Origin: Cycas panzhihuaensis
Taxonomy: Eukaryota > Plantae > Cycadophyta
Assembly: GCA_023213395.1 (NCBI GenBank)
Contig: CM041465.1
Location: 200,081,741 to 200,145,740, forward strand
Direction of reading: 5' to 3'
DNA: 64,000 nucleotides
The position numbers and the translations under genes were made by a program. The notes under the pieces were generated by a model, which was not told the DNA's origin, did not search any database, and saw only the letters and a program-made list of their open reading frames with translations. This document shows positions 14,301-28,774 of the stretch, piece by piece (position 1 is the stretch's first letter; the number at the start of each line of letters is the position of its first letter).

Positions 14301-14425
14301 ATTAGGTAAGAACTAATAGGTCTACATTATGTGTAAGACCCACAGCATATAATGCATGTGATGGTGGGTGGTTTATAATGATTTTTATTCATTGAAGTGT
14401 ATACCATCATCAAAAGAAAAAAAAA
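8370..14425 (+). mobile_element. tRNA-derived SINE (~365 bp) split by a copia insertion
   Basis: A-box-like tagttgagtgg (8401-8411) and B-box-like ggttcaagtc (8436-8445). The body resumes at ~14238 and ends in an A-rich tail (14412-14425). It sits exactly within gypsy RNase H codons GAT AAA GA|G ATG with a short aaaga duplication. Confidence 0.65.
8547..14232 (+). mobile_element. Full-length decayed Ty1/copia retrotransposon
   Basis: LTRs 8547-8785 and 13994-14232, degenerate PBS tgttatcatagc (8786-8797), PPT ~13984-13993, TSD aaatg/aaacg. Domains: gag (LTSDNYESW..~9925), protease WFIDSRASKHMT, LWHLCYGHL, integrase, RT (CRWLYKIK..., YQMDVKGAFLNG), RNase H; many stops. Confidence 0.95.
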
Positions 14426-14611
14426 GAGAGATGTTTTCAATTACATATGCCATAAGCAAGTGGAGGCAATACTTGTTAGAAATAAATTTTAGGTCACAAT
14501 AGCCTTAAATTTCTTCCCAACTAGCTTACATTATCTAATGAACAACAAAAATGGGTAAGGAAGCTTCATGCCTTTAATTTTGAAATAATAAATTAAAGAT
14601 ATATGGAAAAT

Positions 14612-17600
14612 TGTAACATAACCTCACCTCTATAAGCAGAAGGAAGTGTTAGCATGTGGAATCGCTAAAGGGTTATGTGATCTTGTGAATATTCTAAAGT
14701 ACTTGCTTATTTAATAAGTGCCTAAATAGTTGTACTTGCTTATTTAGAAAGTACTTAAATAGTGGTGCTTTTGTATTGCACATGCATTTAGCAAGTAGTT
14801 GTGCTCATTTATTTAGTCAGTGTATTATACATGTATTTAGCAAGTAGTTGCGCTTTTATATTATACATGCATTTAGCAAGTAGTTGTACTCACTTATTTA
14901 GTAAGTGCTTAGATTAGAAGTAGGCTTTAGTAGTTGAACCACTATATATACCCTCTCGAGTCTTCATTATAATTCATTCTTGGTTTATATTACTTAAGAG
15001 AAAAGAACTTTGGTTCTCTTTGGTGATCAATTATCTCTTTTGGCTCTCTTTGGTGCTTATTATCTATCTTATTTCTCTCTTTGAAGTTCTTTATTGTGGA
15101 AGATACATTGCAAGTGGTATCAGAGCCATCTTCCAGGGCTAATTTTGGTGTAATTTTTTTTTTTTGCACTTACCTATATTATATGCTCTCACCTCACCCA
15201 CTTGGATCTTCGTGATTAGAAAGTAGTGAAAGTGGTGGGTTACCTTATTGTTCAGGTAGAGATTTTCAACACTCAATAAGGTCAATTCTATAATAATTTT
15301 TTTTTGTTCTTTTCTAATTAAATTACTATATTACAAATCTAGATAAGGGGAAATCCCCATCTGCTTAACCATAGGAAGTGCTTGGGCATAATCTCTAAAA
15401 CTCATTGTAAGGAGTACCACGGGAACCCCAAAGTAGCTGGCTAGAGTGTTTGCCAGTGAAACGGGCAATGGCCCCATCCCAAATTAGATTTCCCTTCCTT
15501 GAGTATGTACAAAGAGCTATCATTTTGAGATAAATATGTGGCTGGGTTTTAGTAGTTATTTCCTTCAAGAAGTAATTGTTGCAATTCTAAAGAGTGGTAC
15601 TCATTTAGACAGCATTTATGGCCAGTGAGATTGACCATAATCCCTTAAGAAGACTTATATAGGGGCCCACTACCTGTTCTAGTCAACGTTGTATTGATGT
15701 TAAACACTTGCAGCAAGTATACTAGTATCAGTACAAAATAAAGCAAATATAAAAATTAAAAAAAAAAAAAAAAAAAGCTTTTATTTATCCCCCCTCTCCC
15801 CCCATAAAAATAAGCTTTTATTTATCCCAAAAAAAAAGAGAGCTTTTATTTGTACTCAACTGTCTATAGACACCCCATTCCCCTCCCTTTCCCTCTCATC
15901 TTTTCATCCTAATTTCTTAGAACTCCCATTTTATCTTACTCATCCCTCTTCGTAAATTCCTTTTCTTCTAACTAGTCCCCTCTTCTTTAAATACCTTTTA
16001 CAATCATCATGGCTCTAACTCAAGGCGATTGAATCTCATATTTGGAGAATCAATTCGCCACATTACAATAAGAAGTTAAGATAGAAGTGAAAGAGGTAAA
16101 AGCTAATATATTAAATTTAGCATCAAAATCTGATATGGCTTCTATTATGTCCCAGATGGCATAGATAATAATACAAATCACTTCAAACCAAAATCAGATG
16201 GCACAAATTACAACACAAATTTCTTCTCATTAAGTAGGTCTTGTACCACCACTGCCACCATGACAACAATAATCATTTCACCATAAAATCAATATTCCAA
16301 CTTTTGATCATGATCTGAACAGAGAAAGCACTCACAGTTAGATAAGTAAATTAGAATCCTACTTTGCCATCAATCTAATGACTGAAGAGAATCAACTATT
16401 GTATGCTTCTATCCATTTAGATGGGAAAGTGTATCACTAGTTTAATTAGTAGAAAAAAGAGTACCCTTCAACCAAATATGGAAACACTTTACAGATTTTT
16501 TCTTTTAGTAGTATGAGGATACATGGAGTCAGTCATTCTTTACTTAACTGACCAGGCTTAAGCAATCATCATCTGTAGAGTCATTTACAGATGAATTCTA
16601 AGTATTGTTTAATCGATGTTCACAAGGTCAAAATATGGATAAGTAAACTTTGATCATCACTTATATAGTAGGGCTCTAAGACCATATTCAAATGTATCTC
16701 AAGACATTATCCTTGACTTCTCTCAAGGAACCTATTGGAATGGTAAAAGCAGTAGAGGCAGAGTTCACAACTGAAAGATTTGTGTACACTTAAAGAGACA
16801 TCCCATGGTCCTCTTGATCTTGATAAATAGACTTCCAGCAGCCGTGTCCTTGGTTTGATGATGTTACTCACCCTCAGATAGACTTTTAATGTTCCTGACC
16901 TTGACCAGATGATATATCTCATCCTCTAATAGATCGATAAGCAGAGGGACCTTCAATGAAAAGAGTCAAAATCTCACAAGCAGAAACAGAACGATGGGTA
17001 GAGGTAAGCCTATATATACAATGATCAGAAAAGTAGACTCCTAGGCATGGTCATATTTGTTTAGCGAGGCATATGGTCTTTTCCATTGACACCATAGATG
17101 ACCTATCAGACTCTGATTCTAATAAAGAGGTTGATAAAGGAATCTAGATAGACCCTAATCCTAACCCCCAACTTGAAGTATCCCTATCAACCGTAACTTC
17201 TATTACTTGTCCTAAACCCTTATGAGTTAGAGGTATTCTTCAAAAGACTCCAATGTCAATCATGATCGATGGTGGTACATCTTTGAACTTTATCAATATC
17301 TCATTAGCTAAGTAACTAAACCTATATATTGTCCCTAAGAATGGCTTCACTTACTCTCTGTCAGGGTATTAGAAGCTCTATTGTACATGTATCATAAAAA
17401 ACTTGCATGTCTAAATTGGCACGTACCTCCTACCCTCTAATTTTTATATATTATCTATAGGAGGATCTGATGTTATATTGGCAATCCAATGGTTATAAAC
17501 TTTAGGAACTTATAATATGAATAACTCACCCTTTAATCTATTCATAATATTTAAAGATCATATGGGAAAAACACACAAAATCTATGGTATTCAATTCCTT

Positions 17601-20600
17601 CCAAACCAACTTGTTTCACTCGGCCACATGAAAATACATCCCCAAACCAACCTAGGCTATATAGTTCACCTAAATAACATCCAAATTAATCCCCTAATCC
17701 ACCCATACATCTAGGATGTTATTACAAGGTATAACCAAGTATTTGCTCCTCTCCCTTCTATGACCCCACCTAACTGTGGGTTTTACCATACGATTGAACT
17801 AAATCTAACCATGACCCAATTAGCTTATGCCTATATAGAAATTCCTACTTCCAAAAAAATGAAATTGAGAAAATCACGATTAAACTAATGGATATGGGAA
17901 TAATTCAGTCTAGAAAAAGTCCATATGCAGTGCCAATCATCTTAGTTAGGAAAAAAGATGGCTCTTTTCACCTTTGTATGGATTATAGGGAGCTTAACAA
18001 GATTACTATTAAAAATAAGTTCCCCACTCTATGAATCGATGATATGCTTGATGAGATCCATAGAGCATTGATCTTCTCTAAACTAGACTTACAATCATGA
18101 TATTACCAGATCTCGATAGCCCCAGAAGATTGTAATAAGACAACTTTTCGAACCCACCATGACTATTTTGAGTTTTGAGTGATGTCTTTTGGCCTTTGCA
18201 ATACACCGACCATCTTCTAAGTGCTCATGAATAAAATTTTTGATCCTCCTCTTTGAAAATTTATCATCATCTTCTTTAATGATATACTTATCTACAGTTC
18301 ATATTTGGACCACCACGTTCATCATCTAAAAATGGTCCTCTAAATTCTACATCAACACCAATTATATGCCAAACTTTCTAAGTGTCAATTAAGAAAAACT
18401 GAACTCCAATACTTGGGCCATATCATTTCTTGCAAAGGGTTACATATGGATCCTGATAAAATATCAATCATCACTACCTAGTCGACACCGACCAATCTCA
18501 CACAACTACAAGCATTCCTTGGTCTTACAAGGTTTTCTCATCATCTTGTTCATAACTATGCCACAATAGTAGCCCCACTAATGAATTTGCTCCACAAAAA
18601 CTCCTTTCAATGGTCTTTAAAGGTTGAAGCTACCTTTTCCCACCTCAAGCTAGTGATGACCTCTACCTGAGTGTTGGTCACTCTTAATTTTGCCCAACCT
18701 TTCTAGCTTGAATATGATGCTTCTGATTTGGCATTAGGTGTTGTTCTTATGTAAGAATATCACCCCTTTGCTTTTAAAAGTCAAAAACTAAAATACCATT
18801 AACTTTGACTATTAACTTACCAAAAGGAAATATGAGCAGTCCTACATGTTGTGGATAAGTGGCATCAATATCATTTAGGGTCAAAATTTACAATCCTTAC
18901 TGACCATTGTAGTCTCCATAATCTAATGGATTAACCAATCCTCTTAGAGGAATAATCCAAATGGATTGATCGCCTTTTGGTTTTTAAGTTTATGATATCT
19001 TATAAGAAAGGCAAAGACAATGTCATTGCGGATGCCCTTTCTCACATTTGTCCTAATCCCAATGACACCAACCCTAACATTTATGCTATATCTAAGCCCC
19101 AACCCATTTGGCTTGATGAATTATATGTTGAAAACTAGGCACAACTTGACTACTTCCTTTAGAAAGAAAAAGCTTTAAACCAAAATGGATGGTCAGCACA
19201 CTCAAACCATCTATTATTTCATAATTGCATCTTTGTCCACCCTTCCTCATCTTTCATTTCATACATTCTAATAGAGTATCATTCTACTCCTTTAGAGGGC
19301 CATTCAGGATTTGATAAGACTTATTATCATATTCGCGTTGACTTCTTTTGGCCCCATATGAAACATACTATCTTTGCCTTTGTGTCAAAATATGATACTT
19401 GTCAATGTCATAAGGTGGATAACAATGCTTTACTGGGACTACCCCAACCATTACATATCCCTCAAAGAACATGGGATGACATTGCATGATTTTATTATTG
19501 GCTTACCTACATTAGCTGGGTTTGACTCAATTTAGGTAGTCATCGATAGACTAACCAAATATTCTCATTTTATTCCAATACACACATTTTATAAATCACC
19601 TTGTCTAGCTGACATTTATGTCCAATTCATTTTTTACCTTCATTGATTCCCTTTAACTATTGTTTGTGATAGGGACCCCAAGTTCACTGGCTCATTTTGG
19701 CAATAGTTATTTAAGGTTGTGGGAACTTTATTTAATATGAGTACCACCTACCATCCACAAATAAATGGTTAATCAGAGGCCTTGAACAAAACTTTAAAAA
19801 CATACCTACATTGTTTTGCCTCTAACCACCAAGCTAAATAGACATCCTAGTTGTCCCTAGTAGAATACTAGTATAATTCATCATACCATTCAGCCATTGG
19901 CATGTCCCCAATTTTGGCATTATATGGCTATCACCCCCCTTCATACCACACTTTAGAGATTGATTTTTGGAATGCCTCTGCCTAACAAAAGCTTCAAGGC
20001 ATGGACTAAATCCTTCATACCCTTAAATAAAACCTAGCCAATGTAAGAAATCGTATGAAGCAACTCACTGACCACCATCGATCTGATCAATCATTTGACA
20101 TTAGAGATCTCATCTTCCTCTAAGTTCATCCATATAAATAATAATCCCTAAAAGCCCATCGAGGCTATAAACTAAGCCCCCATTATTATAGTCCATATAA
20201 AGTCATAAAAAAGATTGGCAAAGTTTCATATGCCCTTGAAGTTTCCCCAGACGCCAATATCCATAATGTCTTCAGTGTCTTATGCCTTAAAAAGTGTCTG
20301 GGTAAAAATATTACACCCCTCACCACCCTCTCTATTCTCCATAATGAACAAACTCTCATAGTCCCACCAAACTAGATCCCTGCCAGCTATCAGTGCCACC
20401 TTTGAAATTATATTATTTCTGAGCATTTAGTATAGTGGGTCAGTTGTAATGCAGATGAAGTAACTTGGAAATCTGACAAATTTGTCAAGCAGCATCCCCA
20501 TTTACAACACTTTGAGGACTCAACATCTTAGAGGGGGGGACTTGTAACATAATCTCACCTCCATAAGTGGAAGGAAGTATTAGTATGTAGAATCTACCAA

Positions 20601-21044
20601 AAGGTTATGTGATCTTGTGAATATTCTAAAGTACTTGCTTATTTAGTAAGTGCCTAAATAGTTGTACTCACTTATTTAGCAAGTACTCAAATAGTGGTGC
20701 TTTTGTATTGCACATGCATTTATCAAGTAGTTATGTTCACTTATTTAGTAAGTATATTACACATGTATTTAGCAAGTAGTTGCACTTTTATATTGCACAT
20801 ACATTTAACAAGTAGTTGTGCTCACTTATTTAGTAAGTGCTTAGAATATAAGTAAGCTTTAGTAGTTGAAGCATTATATATACCTTCTCGGGTCTTCATT
20901 GTAATTCATTCTTGGTTTATATTACTTAAGAGAAAAGAACTTTAGTTCTCTTTAGTGATCAATTGTCTCTTTTGACTCTCTTTAGTGCTTATTATCTCTC
21001 TTATTTCTCTCTTTGGAGTTCTTTATTGTGGAAGATACATTGCA
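14612..21044 (+). mobile_element. Full-length decayed chromovirus Ty3/gypsy (Reina-like)
   Basis: LTRs 14612-15112 and 20543-21044 (TG...CA), perfect TSD AAAAT, PBS TGGTATCAGAGCC (15115-15127), PPT gaggggggga (20531-20540). Gag, protease (IMIDGGTSLNFI), RT, RNase H, integrase and a chromodomain-like C-terminus (HLV*WV..ADEVTW). Confidence 0.95.
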
Positions 21045-23299
21045 AAAATATAATAGTGGATGAGCTCTTAAGGGTAGATGAGGAATCATCCTTTTAAGTG
21101 ATAATCATAATAGTACTAGGATAGATAAGGCAAGTTCAAAAAGAGTGTTTCCAAGATTATGATACATAAAGAATCATTCAAGAATTACAAACACAGATTC
21201 AATAATAAGGTAAGAATTGGGAATAGAAAAAATGGATCCTTTGGCATTAATGGAGAATATACTTAATTCTAGATTCCAAGTTTAAGGATATTATATTGTA
21301 AGAATATTATGCCTCATTGATAATGGGGCATATAGGAATAAATATAATATACTACAACATCCAACAATCATTCTTTTAAAATAACATGAATAGAGATATC
21401 ATCTAGTTTATATTTGAATATAAGACATGCCATAAATAAAAAGGGGAGCATGCAAAGTCACTTAGGTTACTTCAAGCCCTCCACATTCTAGAATAATTAT
21501 GGAAAGAAATTTCTATGGAATTTATTATTATACTACTAACCTTAAACAGAAATAATATTATTTTTATTATAATAGATAGATTAATAAAGTACATCTACTT
21601 CTGAAGAACTTCATCAAATTTCAAAGATAAGCAAATGACATGACACTTTATCAAATAAATCTATAGGTTGCATGTATTCCTATAAGTAATAGTCAATGAT
21701 TGTGATTCTAAGTTCGCATCTAAATTCTAAAAGGGTTTTCTTTCACTAATTAACACCAAGTTAACAATAAGGATAACCTATCACTCACAAACAAATGGGT
21801 AAATAAATATAATTAACAAATGCCTTAAAGCATACTTAAGTAGCTTTGGTACAAATAAGTAAATCCATTACCACAAATGGTTGCATCTTGCAAAGTGATG
21901 GTGCCATGCTACTTACCATACAATGGTAAGAATGCCTCTATTTTAGGCTCTCTATAGGTATGAATTACACCACTTATGAATAAAGTCAGTATCCACACCT
22001 AGGTTCCAAGTATAGAGGACTAAATTTAGTAGATAAATATTGTTTTATGCATCTTAAAATATAGCCTCAATATTACATAAATAGAATAAAGTGATAAGTA
22101 GTCAACAAAATTGATAAATAGTTTAAACAAGGAGACTAGGTGTATCTAAGACTTCATCCATATAAATAGGCTTTAATAATGAAGAATGGTAAGGAGAAGA
22201 TCCAACCCAAATTCTATGGGCCCTACCAAGTCTAGAAAATGATAGGTAGGGTTTCATATCATCTCAATTTACTCACGAATAGAATTCTTAATGTTTTTAA
22301 TATATCTTATTTTATAAAACGTATATATGAAAAGGTGGTCTCACAATTATAATAATTAAAACTTAATAAAGAAGGATGACTAGTTTTAAAACCAGTAATT
22401 ATAATTCAAGCCACTTAAAACATCTACCAAAAAATATGTATCAATAAATATCTAGTTAATTGGAAAGATGCAAAGGAAGAAGATATAACATATGAGGGGA
22501 AATTATATAAGTAAAAACATCCATTAGTGCCCATGCTTTGAGGGTAAAGTATGTTAAGAAGGGGAGGAGGGAGTGGGGGTGTGAGATTGTTTTGTGTCTA
22601 CCCCTCCTAGTAGGCAAAGGTACCTTTAAACTTAGAAGATATTAATCAATATATATTCATGGTCTTAAATAAATGAAATTAAGTTGTAAAACATGGACAA
22701 TGACATAAAACTTCTTGTTGCCTTTAAAACAAATGGTCATTGGCTCCAAATGGGTAACGTATGGGAAAGTTATACATGTTTTAATATTGCAATAATAAAT
22801 ACAATTGTTTGGAGGCCAACGTGACCTTAAAATATTAATTATATTAAGAATGACCTTACCCTAAAATAATAAATTAGGTGAGTGCTCATGTATAAGAAGA
22901 AAATAGACCATTTAGAAGAGCTAATTTTTGGAGTTTTTATCTCTTACTTTCTTTAGAATGAGGAACTATTTCTAAAGGTTACCTTACCTCAAGAGGGACA
23001 AAAGTTTGTTTAAAAGACATTTTATTATCCCATAGAAGACCTTATAATAGAGATAATTTACACCATTGAATGCTATTTCATTTTATCATGAATTATCATT
23101 TTTGTTATTATTCTAGGTTATTATGTATTACCATATTTATTATTGTTTTAAGTCTTTATTCTTTCTAATAGAATTAGGAGTTACTACTAATATTCTACTG
23201 TGTGCAACATTTTATAATCGATAGTATTAGAGCATTTCTATGATTATTTATCTACAAATCAATGCATAACCTAAGAGGATTGTTGTACTAAATTCATCA

Positions 23300-23950
23300 T
23301 ATTTATTAAAGTTGGAACCATAAGCATGGATATAATGGTTTATTAGTTTAACAATCTACTCAAAGAGAATCTCTGTGAAATGATAAGTCTCTGATTTTGG
23401 ATATATTATTACTCAAGTATCCTGTGCACATCGTTTATCATGCTACAATGGTTCCTCTCTATTTATAGTGGCCTCCTTATAATTGAACTTCACTTTGTCT
23501 TAAAGTCGATTGCTTCACTAAGAAGTATGCTCTAATCCCTAAAGAACTAGCTCTCCTTCTTAAAGGCATCTTGTCTTCGAAGATTTATACAAAACTCTAC
23601 CATTAAGGTTCTTTGCTTAGATAGATTATCCATCTACTCTTGTAGAGTCTCTATTATTATAGTCAACCTTGAGAGTTTATTCCTAATACATCTTAACAAA
23701 TCCAAATGTTTTATGCATGTAAGTGTTCAACTATAAGGATCTTATCATCACCATTATTTAATAAGCTCCAATCAAAAGTATATTACTTTGTCTTTTAGAT
23801 TCCCTTATCTTAACTTCATGTTCTCTACTTGATATAAGTTGCTTTAACTCTTAGAGTCTAAATCCATTTTGCCATGTTGACTTTGCTTTATCATTTCTTC
23901 TTTATAATGTGTTACGACATCTACCCTTTACTTAGTGCATGAATTTGATT
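23300..23950 (-). mobile_element. Possible gypsy integrase remnant
   Basis: Minus strand near 23685-23715 reads TFGFVKMY*E, resembling the HPGxxKMYxDL zinc-finger segment. Otherwise very decayed; boundaries approximate. Confidence 0.3.
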
Positions 23951-26900
23951 TCATTAAGAATACAATTACATGTGAAGGATACTTTTCTAAAGAATAACTT
24001 GAGGATAAGTTAGATTTAGTATATTCTTTTAATAATAAGAATATGCCTAAGAAGAGAGGTATATATCTACTATTAAGGAAGTATGATAAACCACACACCC
24101 ACATAATTCTAATTAATAAAAGATGATGTGGTGCTTATAAATATCATAAGGTAACATGGAGATTACCTTTATAAAAAATTACATCTTACTCATTATGTAT
24201 TGTTAACAAAACTCCTTGCTATTAAAAAAATATTCATTGATAATGAGATCATGTTAGGCTAAAATGATAACATAACCAAGCACTTAAGGGCATCCTTATA
24301 TATTGATAAATAATTTAAGATGAGATAAAGTAATAAAAGAAAGAGGGCATAAGCCCTTAGAATTTATGGATAACTAGAATTAATATTTTAGCTATGACTA
24401 AATGATAAATAGAAACATCGGTATTGTATTTTATATAAGCTAATATATTCAATATATCCACTACTTACTATGTTATGAGCTTATACTTATCCTAGGTAAT
24501 TGGCATTAGTCGTAACTTAGGGTTATACAATTATGAATAATTACATAGTAGTTAAGAAGGCAACATTAAGTAAGTGATAAGTATAAGACAATGGATTCTT
24601 GAATACTAAGATAAAAGGCTATAGTAATGCATTTTCAACTAAATTGAGATTAGATATCCTAAGATATGTTGTTATCTCTTAGCAATTACAGGGTATAACA
24701 TATACAATTAATTATATGGGATGTTTGTATAGAAGATCCACATATATTCCTTTATTAATATAATGGTGAGAAACATGGATATAAAGAATCCTGACATGTT
24801 TACAAGATTATATCATTGTATATGCGAGGAATAATTAGAATCATGTTCAATGATAGAATATATCCCCTTGCAGAATGATTTCAGAGATTACTGAAATTTG
24901 GCATATAACATAATGTCTTAAGACCATGAAATAATTGAGATATCAGCCATATGTAAAGATAATTGGAATTATTGTTGTTTTTGTTAGATTTTACATTCAC
25001 TTTAATACCATGTAGAAAAATAAAATTGACAGAAAATAATAATGCACAAATGAAAAGCAACAACAAACACCAAGATCACAATGGTAACCCAGATCACAAC
25101 GGTACCCTTAAGGTACCTTAACTTGGATTATAACCATGAGGACATTATTACATCAATGTTTCCATATGATACATTGAGTATGTATTTATAATATTCAAGT
25201 TGGTTATGCTTGGGACCTACCACAAAATACCTGCATTATAATTAAATTAATTACATAAATGTGCATTACAACTTTCTCTCGTGAAGTGTGAACCAAGCTA
25301 TTTTAACAATACTTATCGCTTGAACTAAGTTATGACTAGAAACAAACAAGTTCATTAAGTAGCTTTCATAGTATAATTTTTTAAGTGTCCTCAATGGGCC
25401 ATTACAAATTCTCATTATTCTTTCATTAAATATTTTAAATGATATCTCATCTTAATTCTTATATAGAAGTGTACTAACCATAATTAATATTGGATTAGAA
25501 TTTAGTGAGAAATAAAATATATATGGCATATTAATATAGAAGCTTCATTGGCTCACTTTTTGCACAAAAAAAGCAAAATAACAACGTATCGTGTATATAT
25601 GTAATAGTGAGTTAATAAGGCATATTATAATATAAGACTTCATTAGCCTAATATTCTAATGGTAGGAATAAATTCTAAATGTAAGAGAAAGATAACGAAT
25701 ATGATAAAAGTAAGAATCGCTTAAAGGGAGGAGCCTATATTCCATGTTCTTAAGGGTAATAAACTAAAATTATAATATATTATATTTTTTAGGGCATATT
25801 AAGTATATTTCTTGATATGATTTTCAATGCATTAAATATACATACTTTGTAAATTGCATTCAAACTTTTGAAAATTCAATTTTTATAAATATTTTGTAAT
25901 CAATACTTTTCCATATAAATAAAAATTAATTATTAAGCCACTTCTCTAAGATGTTACAGTCATAAGCATTTAGAAAACATGGAAAGATTAATTATAATTC
26001 TTTGATGGTCCAAAATGTGTAGTGTTTCACGTGACTTTGGCAGACTTTGGTCTATTGTAATTCTTATGTTTACAATTTGGATGTATTCATGATTGTATAA
26101 CAATGCTTGAAATACAAAAAATGCATATATTAGTCTAATTTTGAGTAATTCTTTATAAAATAATACAAAAGGCCAGCTGAATATGATTTAGAGTCAACAT
26201 TTTATATAATGTATTTAATTATGCATCATTTCCTTTCAACAACTAAATATATAAGAGAAGAGAAAGATGCTATATAAGGAATATATAAGGTGGGGCTTAG
26301 GGGTCTTAGAGACATATCATGGAGTGCCAACACATAACTTTAAGAAAGCAAAAAAGAAAATCCCAAAAAAGAAACCAAAGAAATAAACAAGGGATTAGTA
26401 TAAATAACAAAGAAAGAAAAAGATGACCGAAAAGAAAATGAAGAGGAGTACAAGTAGCAATGTGAATCATGGCTAAAAGATGTTGCACTAATTACCACTC
26501 AATTACCTCACTATGTAAAAGATGAAGTTATGATTCTAATGGAAAAGCAAGCATGCACATGTCAAGGACTAGTAATAGGAGCGGAGTTAGATGAAGAAGG
26601 GGTTTTCATTTTACTATCATTTGCTTTTGATGTAGGGTTTTTTAAAACTTAAATCATAAACCTAGTTTTATGAAGACTATCACTAATTCTCAAGAGAGGA
26701 TAACTAATGCACTTCACACTAGTAGGAATTTAATATTAAGTTACTTCAAAAGATGGGAGAAAACCTCTTAAGCAATTGGTGGGTATTCTATGTCCACTTC
26801 ATAACTCATATCCTTAGTGCCAAATCTATAATCATATTTATAATAGTCAACACACTAAAAGGATATAAGAAGGAATCATTAACACTTAAAATTGATAACA

Positions 26901-28718
26901 TTTCGCTTTAGGATCAATGAATATACTGCCAAGTCATGCATATTACATAAAATGCATTAATGATTTATTTAATATTTCAACTTGGTTTATAACTTCTTTT
27001 CCATGAACTTACATCTGCATGATGGAGGCACCTAAGCATGTTTAAATGCTCATACAATTAGCATTAAGAGCTTGAGTGATGATGTTGGCACTTCTTCTTA
27101 AGAGGAAGAGGGGCTTGAGTTTGAGCTCTTACAAAGTAGGTGTTTTACAACTATAGAGGGTACATTATATTTTGCTTCTATGGAATTGGGAATTATAAAA
27201 CTCGTGATCTCATGGTTCAAAATTTCTAGGACTAACCCAACAATGTATATAGGCCCTAAGAGCTTGATTATGTTAAGGAGTTTAAATAGGGCTTATGCTA
27301 TAGAGAATTAGGAGCGAGAGGTCATATGAATTTGATAATCAACTTGTTGCTTGTGATAAACTAGAATTTGTTCCTACACTGTGGATTGAGGATTTTCATA
27401 GACCTTTCACAAGTCCAATCTCATCTTAATAAGGGATAGTGTAATGTCAAGGGATCTTTTCAAAGATTACTCCCATTTATATAAATAATTTCTTATGAAA
27501 TTTCTTTCGATGTGAATGATTACCTTTTTTTATGATTAGTTTGAATGGTTCAAAAGATTGTTCATGGCTTATGCAAACTTTGATATGAAAATGCTCAATT
27601 TAAGTTTCCCAAGATCCTCACTACATGCATACTAGGAGAATATAGTAAGCTCCCCTCGATGTCACCTCGCTCTTAAAGTGGTTGCTCTACAGTGCATCCT
27701 ATTTTGGCAATCACACCCACTTGTCATGTTAGCTTTTCTTAACAATATGTGTCCTTACTATTTGTTGACAATGAATCTTACCTAGCTCAAAAATGTATAA
27801 TAAACACCCCACCTCCCTTATCGTGGCCTTAAAAGTTACATTGTGTATTATTGAAAACGACACCAAGCTTAGCACGAGTGCCTCTTACATTCAACATGAA
27901 GAAGAGGAGGGAAAAAAATATAATCATTTGACATTCAAAGTAGCGTTTAGAGGAGGAGGTTATGTGACTCGAAAAAGACTCTAAAGAGGATGACCGCGCG
28001 CATGACACACAAGTAGCATAGCGACACATAATCGTCGCTACTTCCCAGGAGGTCATCCATCATACATCAAAACCTGTGATGGCCATGCACAAGTATGAAG
28101 CACCTTAGAGAAGTAACTATGCATTATGCTTAGTTTACTATTATTTTTTTATTTTTTATGAGATCGAAATATCTCCTGCATATCGCGAATTTACCTGCAA
28201 CCAAGACATTAGAGATGGTGAAGTGATGCAACCTCTCCCTGTCCAACCCGTAGCACCCTAAGCCCTCGAAGGCGCTAGGAAGCCCCCCTAACGGGCTAAC
28301 CAACCGATTTTGTTTTTCCGTTTATAATTTTGTCTTTTCCGTTTGTACAATGGGAGAATAAAATAAAAAAAAAGTTTGGTGGTGGGTGTCATCGCGTTCG
28401 CTTTTTATAATACTCCGTTTTTAGCCTTCCAAATTTTTTTCATTAATCCTTTTCGCGTGTGGGCGGGCGTTTGTGCGTGGGTTGTGCGGGAGGCAAAGAA
28501 ATAGGGGGGGGAATCTGCTCAGTGTGTTGGGTAAAAGTCTTCGTACGCGCACGCCCGTTCTTATCAGGGTCAGTGACACATCCAGCTCTCCTCCTCCTGC
28601 AACTCCTCTGTTCTGCTACAACCACCACCTGCTCCCACTTTCTTTCTCTTTCTTTACCTTTTCTTTTTTTTTTTGTCTGCTCCCGTTGAATAATAATTTC
28701 ATCCCGTCCAAACATAAG

Positions 28719-28751
28719 ATGTCCGATCGGATCTGCGAGGCAAAGGCGTAG
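28719..28751 (+). CDS. Upstream ORF (MSDRICEAKA*) in the putative 5' UTR
   Basis: ATG at 28719, TAG at 28749-28751, ending 23 nt before the main ATG, in a different frame. Translation unproven. Confidence 0.35.
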   Translation: MSDRICEAKA

Positions 28752-28774
28752 TAGGTCAAGCAAAAGATCCGGAG

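Larger units (their letters stand above)
7260..23220 (+). mobile_element. Old, highly decayed chromovirus Ty3/gypsy element (outer element, interrupted by nested insertions)
   Basis: RT (GAKHFTKIDLHSRYY*IKV ~7600). RNase H is split at DK|EM (8368/14428, continuing ISKWRQYLL). EN|IIVDELLR is split at 14611/21050, followed by integrase, a chromodomain-like YLVNWKD..EEDITYE (~22450), a purine tract (~22556-22578) and a probable LTR to ~23220. 5' boundary unresolved. Confidence 0.8.

Noticed and set aside
24840-25310. Possible solo LTR ending TTTTAACA
   Set aside because: No matching TSD and no second copy in the window.
27090-27520. LINE RNase H-like remnant (RELGARGHMNLIIN)
   Set aside because: Too degenerate to support without a search.
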